Under the pieces are notes generated by a model, which had not been told where the DNA came from, ran no database searches, and saw only the letters and a list, made by a program, of their open reading frames with translations. Shown piece by piece: positions 49,314 through 61,099 of a DNA stretch of 64,000 nucleotides. Source of the DNA: Nemertoderma westbladi (taxonomy: Eukaryota; Animalia; Xenacoelomorpha); contig JAUCBJ010000073.1 in assembly GCA_032718475.1 (NCBI GenBank), positions 22,282 through 86,281 of the forward strand, read 5' to 3'. Each line of letters starts with the position of its first letter. Positions within the stretch are counted from its first letter, which is position 1. The translations under genes were made by a program, and so were the position numbers.

Positions 49314-51082
49314 GTGAGTTACATCAAGTTAGGCAAGACGAGATACGAGTTACACAAAGATAAGCAATACAAAGAGATGGATACGTAAGTTACATAACGT
49401 TAGGCAATACAAAGAGACGAGATATGAGTTGAATAAAGTTAGGCAATACGAAATATATGAGTTACATAAAGTTCGGTTATACATAGTGACGAGATGCATA
49501 AGTTACATAAAGTTAGGCAACACATAGAGACACGAAGTGGGGCCTTCGCGCAGCACGTGAAATGAGTTAATGCTAAGTATCAACTCGAAAGGATTATAAA
49601 AACATAGGAGAAGATTTTCCCGGAAAACGTTAACCCTCTAGCGGGAGACTGGGTAACTGAAGAAGGAAGGATTAGTTTCCCTACAAAGCCACAGCCTATG
49701 GTCTATTACATATCTACCAAGTTTCCGATTGACGGATCATAAATAACGAAATGTTGGAAGGTTTTCACTTTCATACATTTAGCCCTCTAGCGGCATATTA
49801 AAGAACTACGGATCGATCACCTTCCTCACAAAGACGAGGCATGTGGTCTAGTACATACCGGTACTGTATATTCCAAAATTCAGCTTAAATAGATTAAGAT
49901 CAAGGAATTCGCAAAGGTTATCACTTTCCTACATTTCGCCCTCTAGCGGCAGACTCGAAAACTCCGGACCGATTACTGTCCACACAAAGACTTAGGATGT
50001 CTTCTAGTACATATATGACAAGTTTCAGCGTAATCAGATCATAAACAACTAAATGGAAGAATAATTTCACATTCGGGACATTTCGCCCTCTAGCGGCAGA
50101 CTGGAGAACTGCAGACAGATTAGCCTCCTTTGAAATTTACAGCTAATGGTCTAGTACATACTTCCCAAGTTTCAGCTTAAACGGATTAAAAGCAAAGAAA
50201 TGGGTGGCCATTTAATGTTTAGACATGTGGCCCTCTAGCGGGAGACTGGAAAACTTCGGACCGATTACAATCCACACAAAGACTCAGGATGTCATCTAGT
50301 ACATATATGACAAGTTTCAGCGTAATCAGATCATAAACAACTAAATGGAAGAATAATTTCACATTCGGGACATTTCGCCCTCTAGCGGCAGACTGGAGAA
50401 CTGCAGACAGATTAGCCTCCTTTGAAATTTACAGCTAATGGTCTAGTACATACTTCCCAAGTTTCAGCTTAAACGGATTAAAAGCAAAGAAATGGGTGGC
50501 CATTTAATGTTTAGACATGTGGCCCTCTAGCGGGAGACCATTGCACTGATGGTGTCTGAAAGTCTCTCAAAAATCTCAACTTTTGCTTATATTGATACCT
50601 ACAAATTTTCAACTTGGCAGCTTTAAATCCGACAAAGTTATTAGCATGTCAAAATCGTAACGACGACGACAACGACGACGACGACAACGACGACGACGAC
50701 AACGACGACGACGACGACGACGACAACTATTTGCATAAATTGACCCACCCCCTAACAGTGTCAATTCGCTAAGGCTCCGCCAACTTCGTGGCTCGCCCCA
50801 CATGTGAGTTGTTAGGCAAAACAAAGAAACGAGATACGTGAGTTGCAAAAGGTTAGGCAATAAATAGGGACATGTTAGTTGAATAATTTAGGCAATACAC
50901 AAAGGCGAGTGGCGTCAGTACAGTTAGGCAACATTAGAGAGAAGTGAGTTGAATAAAGATAGAGACAGATGTATATGTAACAGTAATATGTATAGTTATG
51001 TAACAGATAGAGACATGTGAGTTAAATAAAGTTAGGCAGTTTGTTACACATTTGACCATTATAACGTTAGGCAACACATAGA
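49298..51082 (+). repeat. Degenerate ~40-bp array of exon 3 end plus donor (CATAGAGACGAGATAT|GTGAGTTACATAAAGTTAGGCAA), split by an element at 49537-50801
   Basis: Recurring GAGACGAGATA..GTGAGTT..AAAGTTAGGCAA at 49298-49536 and 50802-51082. Confidence 0.75.
49537..50801 (-). mobile_element. Helentron-associated-like non-autonomous element with (GTC)n microsatellite and ~145-155-bp internal tandem repeats
   Basis: Minus strand starts GTGGGGCGAGCCACGAAGT and ends GTGCTGCGCGAAGGCCCCAC; inserted between T and T with no TSD; (ACG)n at 50660-50725; CCCTCTAGCGG recurs about every 150 bp. Confidence 0.75.
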
Positions 51083-51131
51083 TATACCCGAAACCTTATC
51101 ATCCTCTACCAACAGAAACTATTCATTTCAG

Positions 51132-51287
51132 TTTTCCAGCTACTCCCAGTTAGAGCGGCCCAAATTCCACGGAATTCGAACACGTCAGCTCGCGAGTCCA
51201 GATGATCGAAATCTTATCATCGTCCATCGGAGGGTCGGTTACAAACGGAAGACCGGGAAACAATCAGACAGTAGCGACCAGCTCACG
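51132..51287 (+). CDS. DUF4211-family gene, exon 4
   Basis: Acceptor TTCATTTCAG; 52 codons FSSYSQLERPKF...KRKTGKQSDSSDQLT; donor GTACGT at 51288; phase 0/0. Confidence 0.75.
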
Positions 51288-53442
51288 GTACGTAGGCCGG
51301 GATACAATCAGACAGTAGCGACCAGCTCACGGTATGTAGGCCGGGAAACAATCAGACAGTAGCGACCAGCTCATGGTACGTAGGCCGGGAAACAATCAGA
51401 CAGTAGCGACCAGCTCACGGTACGTAGACCGGGAAACAATCAGAGAGTAATGACCAGCTCACGGTACGTAGGCCGGGAAACAATCAGACAGTAGCGACCT
51501 GCTCACGGTAAGTAGGCCTGGTAACAATCAGACAGTAGCGACCAGCTCACGGTATGTAGGCCGGGTAACAATCAGACAGTAGCGACCAGCTCACGGTACA
51601 TAGGCCGGGAAACAATCAGACAGTAGTGACCAGATCACGGTGCGTAGACCGGGAAACAATCAGACAGTAACGACCAGCTCATGGTACGTAGGCCGGGAAA
51701 CAATCAGACAGTAGGGACCAGCTCATGGTACGTAGGCTGGGAAACAATCAGACAGTAGTGACCAGATCACGGTACGTAGGCCGGGAAGCAATCAGACAGT
51801 AGCGACCAGATCATGGTACGTAGGCCGGGAAGCGATCAGACAGTAGCGACCAGATCACGGTACGCAGTCCGGGAAACAATCAGACAGTAGCGACCAGCTC
51901 ATGGTACGTAGGCCGGGTAACAATCAGACAATAGCGACCAGCTCACGGTACATAGGCTGGGTAACAATCAGACAATAGCGACCAGCTCACGGTACGTAGG
52001 CCGGGTAACAATCAGACAATAGCGACCAGCTCACGGTACTTACTTAGGCCGGGAAACAATCAGACAGTAGCGACCAGCTCACGGTACGTAGGCCGGATAA
52101 CAATCAGACAATAGCGACCAGCTCACGGTACGTAGGCCGGGTAACAATCAGACAGTAACGACCAGCTCACGGTACGTAGGCCGGGAAACAATGAGACAGT
52201 AGCGACCAGCTCACGGTACATAGGCCGGGTAACAATCAGACAGTAACGACCAGCTCACGGTACGTAGGCCGGGAAACAATCAGACAGTAGCGACAGCTCA
52301 CGGTACGTAGGCCGGGTAACAATCAGACAGTAACGACCAGCTCACGGTACGTAGGCCGGGAAACAATCAGACAGTAGCGACCAGCTCACTGTATGTAGGC
52401 CGGGTAAAAATCAGACAGTAACGACCAGCTCACGGTACGTAGGCCGGGAAACAATCTGACAGTTGTAGGTCCTGAAACAATCAGTTAGTAACGACCAGCT
52501 CATGTTACGTAGGCCGGGAAACAATCAGACAGTTGTAGGCCGGGAAACAATCAGACAGTAACGACCAGCTCACGGTAGGCCGGGAAACAATCAGACAGTA
52601 GCGACCAGCACACGGTACGTAGGCCGGGATACAATCAGATAGTAGCGACCAGCTCACAGTACGTAGGCCGGGAAACAATCAGACAGTATCGACCAGCTCC
52701 ACAGTACGTAGGCCGGGAAACAATTAAAATGTAGGGACCAGCTCATGGTAGTAGGCCAGGAAACAATCAGAGAGTAGCGACCAGCTCACGGTGGTAGGCC
52801 GGGAAACAATCAGACAGTTGTAGGCCGGGAAACAATCAGACAGAAACGACCAGCTCACGGTACATAGGCCGGGAAACAATCAGACAGTAACAACCAGCTC
52901 ACGGTACGTAGGCCGGGAAATAATTAGACAGTAGCGACCAGCTCATGGTACGTAGGCCGGGTAACAATTAGACACTAGCGACCAGCTCACGGTACGTAGG
53001 CCGGGTAACAATTAGACAGTAGCGACCAGCTCACGGTACGTAGGCCGGGTAACAATTAGACAGTAGCGACCAGCTCACGGTACGTAGGCCGGGTAACAAT
53101 CAGACAGCAACGACCAGCTCACGGTACATAGGCTGGGAAACAATCAGACAGTAACAACCAGCTCACGGTACGTAGGCCGGGAAATAATTAGACAGTAGCG
53201 ACCAGCTCATGGTACGTAGGCCGGGTAACAATTAGACAGTAGCGACCAGCTCACGGTACGTAGGCCGGGTAACAATTAGACAGTAGCGACCAGCTCACGG
53301 TACGTAGGCCGGGTAACAATTAGACAGTAGCGACCAGCTCACGGTACGTAGGCCGGGTAACAATTAGACAGTAGCGACCAGCTCACGGTACGTAGGCCGG
53401 GTAACAATCAGACAGCAACGACCAGCTCACGGTACGTAGGCC
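51252..53442 (+). repeat. 44-bp array (about 50 units) made of the last 36 nt of exon 4 plus GTACGTAG
   Basis: Unit GCCGGGAAACAATCAGACAGTAGCGACCAGCTCACG|GTACGTAG; the first unit is the real exon end. Confidence 0.95.
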
Positions 53443-53685
53443 TAGACATTTAGTTGTGGTGCTTGTGGTACTCTAATTCTCGTCGCTGTAATATATTATT
53501 TAATTGCGTTGCTGCACTGTAACCTTATAAAGTACTATAGAGGCTACGGAGAGTTCTGATGTTTTAATATTTAAATTCCTATTCGCTTCACTTGCGTTTC
53601 CGGCATTCCACGATAACCATTCATTTGAAAAATTATTGCTACATATATATTAACAGTAGATCTGCAAAATACGATGTTGGATAAA

Positions 53686-54101
53686 TTGGGATGGTGCGCG
53701 AAAAAATTGTATAGAAACTCGAATCGCTAGAAACAATCGAATAAGGGGTAACAAGGTGCCCAGAATCGAGTGACGGGGTCTGTTTTTTGTAAAAACTCAT
53801 ATAATATAAGCCACATGTGAAATGATTGAGATTTAATATGTATTTAAATCGATCGAAAATCTCTATCCATAGAAAACAATATAATAAATTTTCGGAGAAC
53901 TGCGTAGTGACGTCAAATATGTAGCAGCCAATCACAGTCGATTTTCAAAATTGGCTTCCGGGGCTTACTTAACCCGCCATTTCGACCGTATCCACTTGTT
54001 TTTACAAAAAACATACCCCGCCACTCGATTCAGGGCACTTTCTTACGCTTACCCCTTATTCAATTGTTTCTAGCCCAGCAATTTTTCGCGCACCAACCCT
54101 A
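53686..54101. mobile_element. MITE-like element with long imperfect TIRs
   Basis: GGGATGGTGCGCGAAAAAATTG...GAATAAGGGGTAA...GAATCGAGTGACGGGG mirrors CCCCGCCACTCGATTC...TTACCCCTTATTC...CAATTTTTCGCGCACCAACCC. Confidence 0.75.
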
Positions 54102-54360
54102 TTATTGATATGGTAATCCGCGGAAAACAATGAAAAAATGAAAAACAAGTAAAAAAAAAACAATAAAAACCATAAATAAAATGAAAAACAATGAAAAATT
54201 ATGTGTGATTTGAAATAATTTTGTGTCACACACATTATGCAAACATGAATGCTTTAAAAGTTTACTCTAATTGTTTTTGACACACACCCACCCCCGCCAC
54301 AATTGAAAATCCACTGCTTGGTGTTATTATTTGATGTTAATGGGACTGTTTGTATTACAG

Positions 54361-54496
54361 AATAGTAAATCTGGAAAGCTGGAACCCAAGCTCAAAATAG
54401 AAGACAAAATCTCCAACTTCTTCGGAATTTACTTACAGGCTTTAGTTAGTAACGTACTGGAATCAGAGTTTATCGCCTACGTTATGGAAGAGAAAG
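54361..54496 (+). CDS. DUF4211-family gene, exon 5 (start of conserved domain)
   Basis: Acceptor TGTATTACAG; FGIYLQALVSNVLESEF; donor GTGAGT at 54497 (phase 1). Confidence 0.88.
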
Positions 54497-54679
54497 GTGA
54501 GTTATTATGTTAATATCCGCTCAAACATCGTTACTAATTCCATGTCCCGTGATATTAAGATATATAATAAAGTTAATATTTATTATTGTTAATATTGTAC
54601 TTGCCGTGTAACGATATGCTAGCGTTATTTATTGTATGGCTATACAAACCTCAATTAAATATGATTCTGTTTTATACAG

Positions 54680-54843
54680 ACGATTATTTTCTATTGGCTT
54701 TGAACTACATCGATAATCTAATCGAAGAAAGAAAGCGATCGCTATTCAAAGACAGGTGGATTCATTCGGAGTTGCAGGAGGCTATCCATGCGTTACCCGT
54801 GGCAACCAAAACCCACCAACCAGCTCCATATGGCCGGTGCTCG
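54680..54843 (+). CDS. DUF4211-family gene, exon 6
   Basis: Acceptor TTTTATACAG; DDYFLLALNYIDNLIEERK...YGRCS; donor GTAGGT at 54844 (phase 0). Confidence 0.88.
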
Positions 54844-54932
54844 GTAGGTTTTCTATTGGTCGTTTATTACTCTCAGTTTTACAATTGTCTGATATTTTTA
54901 GTACTCTCAACTAATGTGTTATTTTTCTGCAG

Positions 54933-55053
54933 GTTTGCCAAAGTTTCAATCACTCCAATATAGTTCCGGTCAGTCTTACCGGACACCCTTATGATAGACT
55001 AACGCTGGTAGATAAACTTCCAGTTCGAACCTACTACAGTGACTTCCTGATAG
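54933..55053 (+). CDS. DUF4211-family gene, exon 7
   Basis: Acceptor TTTTTCTGCAG; VCQSFN...VSLTGHPYDRLTL...DFLI; donor GTAAAT at 55054 (phase 1). Confidence 0.88.
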
Positions 55054-55360
55054 GTAAATATAACTTATTGTTTATTTCCTTCCACCTGATCTATATAATA
55101 TGTATGTTAATATAGGGACAATTCCGTCGCACCATTTTCGGCACCCTGTATATTACGTTGTGAGGAATAATTGATGACGGAAATGAGAGTTAAACAATAA
55201 AAATTATTTAGTTCACCGCCCAATTAATTTAAATAGACCTGTTGGATAAAAACCTAAACAATTTTAGAATCAGTGAGAACTAATAAACAATGCCAACTCT
55301 ATAATTAACTGTATTTCTAGTTATTATATTTATTTGTTACAAAGTATTTTTAACTCTTAG

Positions 55361-55527
55361 GTAACTCGTGTTGGCAGTGGGTTTCCCTTTACCACTCTCT
55401 ACACCATTATAAACGCCATCTATACAGCCAATGTCTAGAAAGAGTTTCAGCTGTAAGGCGAGTTAACTGCCAATCAGGAGTGCAAATAGTTCAACTATGT
55501 GTCGCTGATGTTGGCTGGTTAAACCAA
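55361..55527 (+). CDS. DUF4211-family gene, exon 8
   Basis: Acceptor AACTCTTAG; GNSCWQWVSLYHSLHHYKRHLYSQC...IVQLCVADVGWLNQ; donor GTAAGT at 55528 (phase 0). Confidence 0.88.
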
Positions 55528-58500
55528 GTAAGTTACATTAGTGGCTGATGTTGGCTCGTTAAACCACGTAAGTTACATTAGTGGCTGATGTTTGCTGGTT
55601 AAACCAAGTAAGTTACATTAGTGGCTGATGTTGGCTGGTTAAACTAAGTAAGTTACATTAGTGGCTGATGTTGGCTGGTTAAACCAAGTAAGTTACATTA
55701 GTGGCTGATGTTGGCTGTTTAAACCAAGTAAGTTACATTAGTGGCTGATGTTGGCTGTTTAAACCAAGTAAGTTACATTAGTGGCTGATGTTGGCTGTTT
55801 AAACCAAGTAAGTTACATTAGTGGCTGATGTTGGCTGTTTAAACCAAGTAAGTTACATTAGTGGCTGATGTTGGCTGTTTAAACTAAGTAAGTTACATTA
55901 GTGGCTGATGTTGGCTCGTTAAACCAAGTAAGTTACATTAGTAGCTGATGTTGGCTGGTTAAACCAAGTAAGTTACATTAGTGGCTGATGTTGGCTGTTT
56001 AAACTAAGTAAGTTACATTAGTGGCTGATGTTGGCTGGTTAAACCAAGTAAGTTACATTAGTGGCTGATGTTGGCTCGTTAAACCAAGTAAGTTACATTA
56101 GTGGCTGATGTTGGCTCGTTAAACCAAGTAAGTTACATTAGTAGCTGATGTTGGCTGGTTAAACCAAGTAAGTTACATTAGTGGCTGATGTTGGCTGGTT
56201 AAACCAAGTAAGTTACATTAGTGGCTGATGTTGGCTCGTTAAACCAAGTAAGTTACATTAGTAGCTGATGTTGGCTGGTTAAACTAAGTAAGTTACATTA
56301 GTGGCTGATGTTGGCTCGTTAAACCAAGTAATTTACATTAGTGGCTGATGTTGGCTGGTTAAACCAAGTAAGTTACATTAGTGGCTGATGTTGGCTGTTT
56401 AAACTAATTAAGTTACATTAGTGGCTGATGTTGGCTGTTTAAACTAAGTAAGTTACATTAGTGGCTGATGTTGGCTCGTTAAACCAAGTAATTTACATTA
56501 GTGGCTGATGTTGGTTGGTTAAACCAAGTAAGTTACATTAGTGGCTGATGTTGGCTGTTTAAACTAAGTAAGTTACATTAGTGGCTGATGTTGGCTGTTT
56601 AAACTAAGTAAGTTACATTAGTGGCTGATGTTGGCTGTTTAAGCTAAGTAAGTTACATTAGTGGCTGATGTTGGCTCGTTAAACCAAGTAAATTACATTA
56701 GTGGCTGATGTTGGCTGGTTTAAACCAAGTAAGTTACATTAGTGGCTGATGTGGCTGGTTAAACCAAGTAAGTTACATTAGTGGCTGATGTTGGCTCGTT
56801 AAACCAAGTAAGTTACATTAGTGGCTGATGTTGGCTGTTTAAACCAAGTAAGTTACATTAGTGGCTGATGTTGGCTGGTTAAACCAAGTAAGTTACATTA
56901 GTGGCTGATGTTGGCTGTTTAAACCAAGTAAGTTACATTAGTGGCAGATGTTGGCTGTTTAAACTAAGTAAGTTACATTAGTGGCTGATGTTGGCTGTTT
57001 AAACTAAGTAAGTTACATTAGTGGCTGATGATGGCTGTTTAAACTAAGTAAGTTACATTAGTGGCTGATGTTGGCTCGTTAAACCAAGTAAGTTACATTA
57101 GTGGCTGATGTTGGCTGGTTAAACCAAGTAAGTTACATCAGTGGCTGATGTTGGCTGTTTAAACCAAGTAAGTTACATTAGTGGCTGATGTTGGCTGGTT
57201 AAACCAAGTAAGTTACATAAGTGGCTGATGTTGGCTCGTTAAACCAAGTAAGTTACATTAGTGGCTGATGTTGGCTGTTTAAACCAAGTAAGTTACATTA
57301 GTGGCTGATGTTGGCTGTTTAAACCAAGTAAGTTACATTAGTGGCTGATGTTGGCTGTTTAAACTAAGTAAGTTACATTATTGGCTGATGTTGGCTGTTT
57401 AAACTAAGTAAGTTACATTAGTGGCTGATGTTGGCTGTTTAAACTAAGTAAGTTACATTAGTGGCTGATGTTGGCTCGTTAAACCAAGTAAGTTACATTA
57501 GTGGCTGATGTTGGCTGGTTAAACCAAGTAAGTTACATTAGTGGCTGATGTTGGCTGTTTAAACCAAGTAAGTTACATTAGTGGCTGATGTTGGCTGGTT
57601 AAACCAAGTAAGTTACATTCGTGGCTGATGTTGGCTCGTTAAACCAAGTAAGTTACATTAGTGGCTGATGTTGGCTCGTTAAACCAAGTAAGTTACATTA
57701 GTGGCTGATGTTGGCTCATTAAACCAAGTAAGTTACATTAGTGGCTGATGTTGGCTGTTTAAACTAAGTAAGTTACATTAGTGGCTGATGTTGGCTGTTT
57801 AAGCTAAGTAAGTTACATTAGTGGCTGATGTTGGCTGTTTAAACCAAGTAAGTTACATTAGTGGCTGATGTTGGCTCGTTAAACCAAGTAAGTTACATTA
57901 GTGGCTGATGTTGGCTGGTTAAACCAAGTAAGTTACATTAGTGGCTGATGTTGGCTCGTTAAACCAAGTAAGTTACATTAGTGGCTGATGTTGGCTCGTT
58001 AAACCAAGTAAGTTACATTAGTGGCTGATGTTGGCTGTTTAAACCAAGTAAGTTACATTAGTGGCTGATGTTTGCTGGTTAAACCAAGTAAGTTACATTA
58101 GTGGCTGATGTTGGCTGGTTAAACCAAGTAAGTTACATTAGTGGCTGATGTTGGCTGGTTAAACCAAGTAAGTTACATTAGTGGCTGATGTTGGCTCGTT
58201 AAACCAAGTAAGTTACATTAGTGGCTGATGTTGGCTCGTTAAACCAAGTAAGTTACATTAGTGGCTGATGTTGGCTGTTTGAACCAAGTAAGTTACATTA
58301 GTGGCTGATGTTGGCTGGTTAAACCAAGTAAGTTACATTAGTGGCTGATGTTGGCTCGTTAAACCAAGTAAGTTACATTAGTGGCTGATGTTGGCTGGTT
58401 AAACCAAGTAAGTTACATTAGTGGATGATGTTGGCTCGTTAAACCAAGTAAGTTACATTAGTGGCTGATGTTGGCTGTATAAACCAAGTAAGTTACATTA

Positions 58501-59820
58501 GTGGCTGATGTTGGCTGTTTAAACCAAGTAAGTTACATTAGTGGCTGATGTTGGCTGGTTAAACCAAGTAAGTTACATTAGTGGCTGATGTTGGCTGGTT
58601 AAACCAAGTAAGTTACATTAGTGGCTGATGTTGGCTGGTTAAACCAAGTAAGTTACATTAGTGGCTGATGTTGGCTGTTTAAACCAAGTAAGTTACATTA
58701 GTGGCTGATGTTGGCTGTTTAAACTAAGTAAGTTACATTAGTGGCTGATGTTGGCTCGTTAAACCAAGTAAGTTACATTAGTGGCTGATGTTGGCTCGTT
58801 AAACTAAGTAAGTTACATTAGTGGCTGATGTTGGCTGTTTGAACCAAGTAAGTTACATTAGTGGCTGATGTTGGCTGGTTAAACCAAGTAAGTTACATTA
58901 GTGGCTGATGTTGGCTCGTTAAACCAAGTAAGTTACATTAGTGGCTGATGTTGGCTGGTTAAACCAAGTAAATTACATTAGTGGCTGATGTTGGCTCGTT
59001 AAACCAAGTAAGTTACATTAGTGGCTGATGTTGGCTGGTTTAACCAAGTAAGTTACATTAGTGGCTGATGTTGGCTGTTTAAACCAAGTAAGTTACATTA
59101 GTGGCTGATGGTGGCTGTTTAAACTAAGTAAGTTACATTAGTGGCTGATGTTGGCTCGTTAAACCAAGTAAGTTACATTAGTGGCTGATGTTGGCTCGTT
59201 AAACCAAGTAAGTTACATTAGTGGCTGATGTTGGCTGTTTGAACCAAGTAAGTTAAATTAGTGGCTGATGTTGGCTGGTTAAACCAAGTAAGTTACATTA
59301 GTGGCTGATGTTGGCTCGTTAAACCAAGTAAGTTACATTAGTGGCTGATGTTGGCTGGTTAAACCAATTAAGTTACATTAGTGGCTGATGGTGGCTGTTT
59401 AAACTAAGTAAGTTACATTAGTGGCTGATGTTGGCTCGTTAAACCAAGTAAGTTACATTAGTGGCTGATGTTGGCTGTTTGAACCAAGTAAGTTACATTA
59501 GTGGCTGATGTTGGCTGGTTAAACCAAGTAAGTTACATTAGTGGCTGATGTTGGCTGGTTAAACCAAGTAAGTTACATTAGTGGCTGATGTTGGCTCGTT
59601 AAACCAAGTAAGTTACATTAGTGGCTGATGTTGGCTGGTTAAACCAAGTAAGTTACATTAGTGGCTGATGTTGGCTCGTTAAACCAAGTAAGTTACATTA
59701 GTGGCTGATGTTGGCTGGTTAAACCAAGTAAGTTACATTAGTGGCTGATGTTGGCTGTTTAAACCAAGTAAGTTACATTAGTGGCTGATGTTGGCTGGTT
59801 TAACCAAGTAAGTTACATTA
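55501..59820 (+). repeat. 40-bp array (about 108 units) made of the last 27 nt of exon 8 plus GTAAGTTACATTA; a partial unit resumes at 61007-61026
   Basis: Unit GTGGCTGATGTTGGCTGGTTAAACCAA|GTAAGTTACATTA; the first unit is the real exon end (VADVGWLNQ). Confidence 0.97.
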
Positions 59821-61006
59821 TTATTATTATTGTTATTATCGTACAGTGAATAAGAAATAATTATGCACGTACAGTTAGACAGACATAAATAGCACAATAA
59901 TATAATGTAAGATTTTATATAGTTATTATGTAATAAATAAGTAAATGTATATCTATTTTGGACCAAAAATAAACGACAATAATGATTTATATTACCTGCA
60001 ATCAATCACAGCACAATTTAAATTAAAGAAAAAGAGGAAAAATCACAAAAGTAATCAGATTTACGAACCAAAATTTACAAATTCTAAAACAGCACTATAA
60101 AGTATAAATCACATTAAATTTTATGTTTAACATTAAACATATTAAATACATTTTTACATATCAAATTGAATTATTCGTTAAACAAAAAGTTTAATATCTG
60201 CTCAATTTCCTGTCGACTGAACCCAAAAATTCAATTTCATTTCTGCACAAGTCAATTAACTAGAGTACAGCAAGCACAAATATACTGAATATATAATATA
60301 ATATATAATATAAATATAAATATAGACTATGGTAACTAAGTAGAAATAATCAGCTTGTACACATATACGATAACATATAATCTAATTCTTCTGCAGAAAA
60401 CCCCGGCACTTCTAAAGTGCTCAGCCGGCAATCCAAAAGTTCCCTACAAATGCGCACTTTATAATTGTTAGCACCGTCACTGCATGGTACATACTTCAAT
60501 ATCTTAACTTGATTATGTTTTAATAATCTTAAATTGTGTTCATTACATAAATTGCCAATTTTCCTAAAATTACACCCACCACGAGATCTACAATCAATAA
60601 AAATAATTCTGCCAAGAAACGAATAGATGGTTTTAAAGAGGTCAATAAACTTTGAGCAAACGAAACAAACCTAGATTGAATCATTATACATGGGTGATTG
60701 AACTGCACAATATTTTCTACGATATATCTATGTGTTGTACGGGGTAAGCCAAAAATAATCCTAACATTGATATTCCAAGCACTATAAATACGTGTACATT
60801 GTGGAGAAAAAAGGTCCCAAAGACTACTACCATAAAAACATGTGGCATAAATTCGTTGTATGTTACACAATTGATACGGATCCGCGAAATAAAATTCTTG
60901 TCGTAATGCATTTATCTTTCCTATGAATTGACCGCGATTACGTAAAGTATCGGGTTCCATTGAATTCTTATAATCCATTACATTCCCAAGATGCAGCGCC
61001 TGCTTT
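59821..61006 (-). mobile_element. 5'-truncated non-LTR retrotransposon (CR1/L2-group-like) with (AAT)n tail, inserted at the end of the 40-bp array
   Basis: ORF 60978-60529 reads HLGN...FYGSSLWDLFS...YSAWNINVRIIFGLPRTTHRY (C-terminal to RT); (TTA)n at about 59818-59838; CATTA on both sides (59816-59820 and 61007-61011). Confidence 0.85.
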
Positions 61007-61099
61007 CATTAGTGGCTGATGTTTGCAAGCAACACAAATATTAACATATAACGATACTGAAATATACCTACCTGCCAACTGATGTAATACGTACTATGT

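Noticed and set aside
51252-59820. CRISPR-like appearance of the 40-46-bp arrays
   Set aside because: No unique spacers, no cas genes, and a eukaryotic intronic context.
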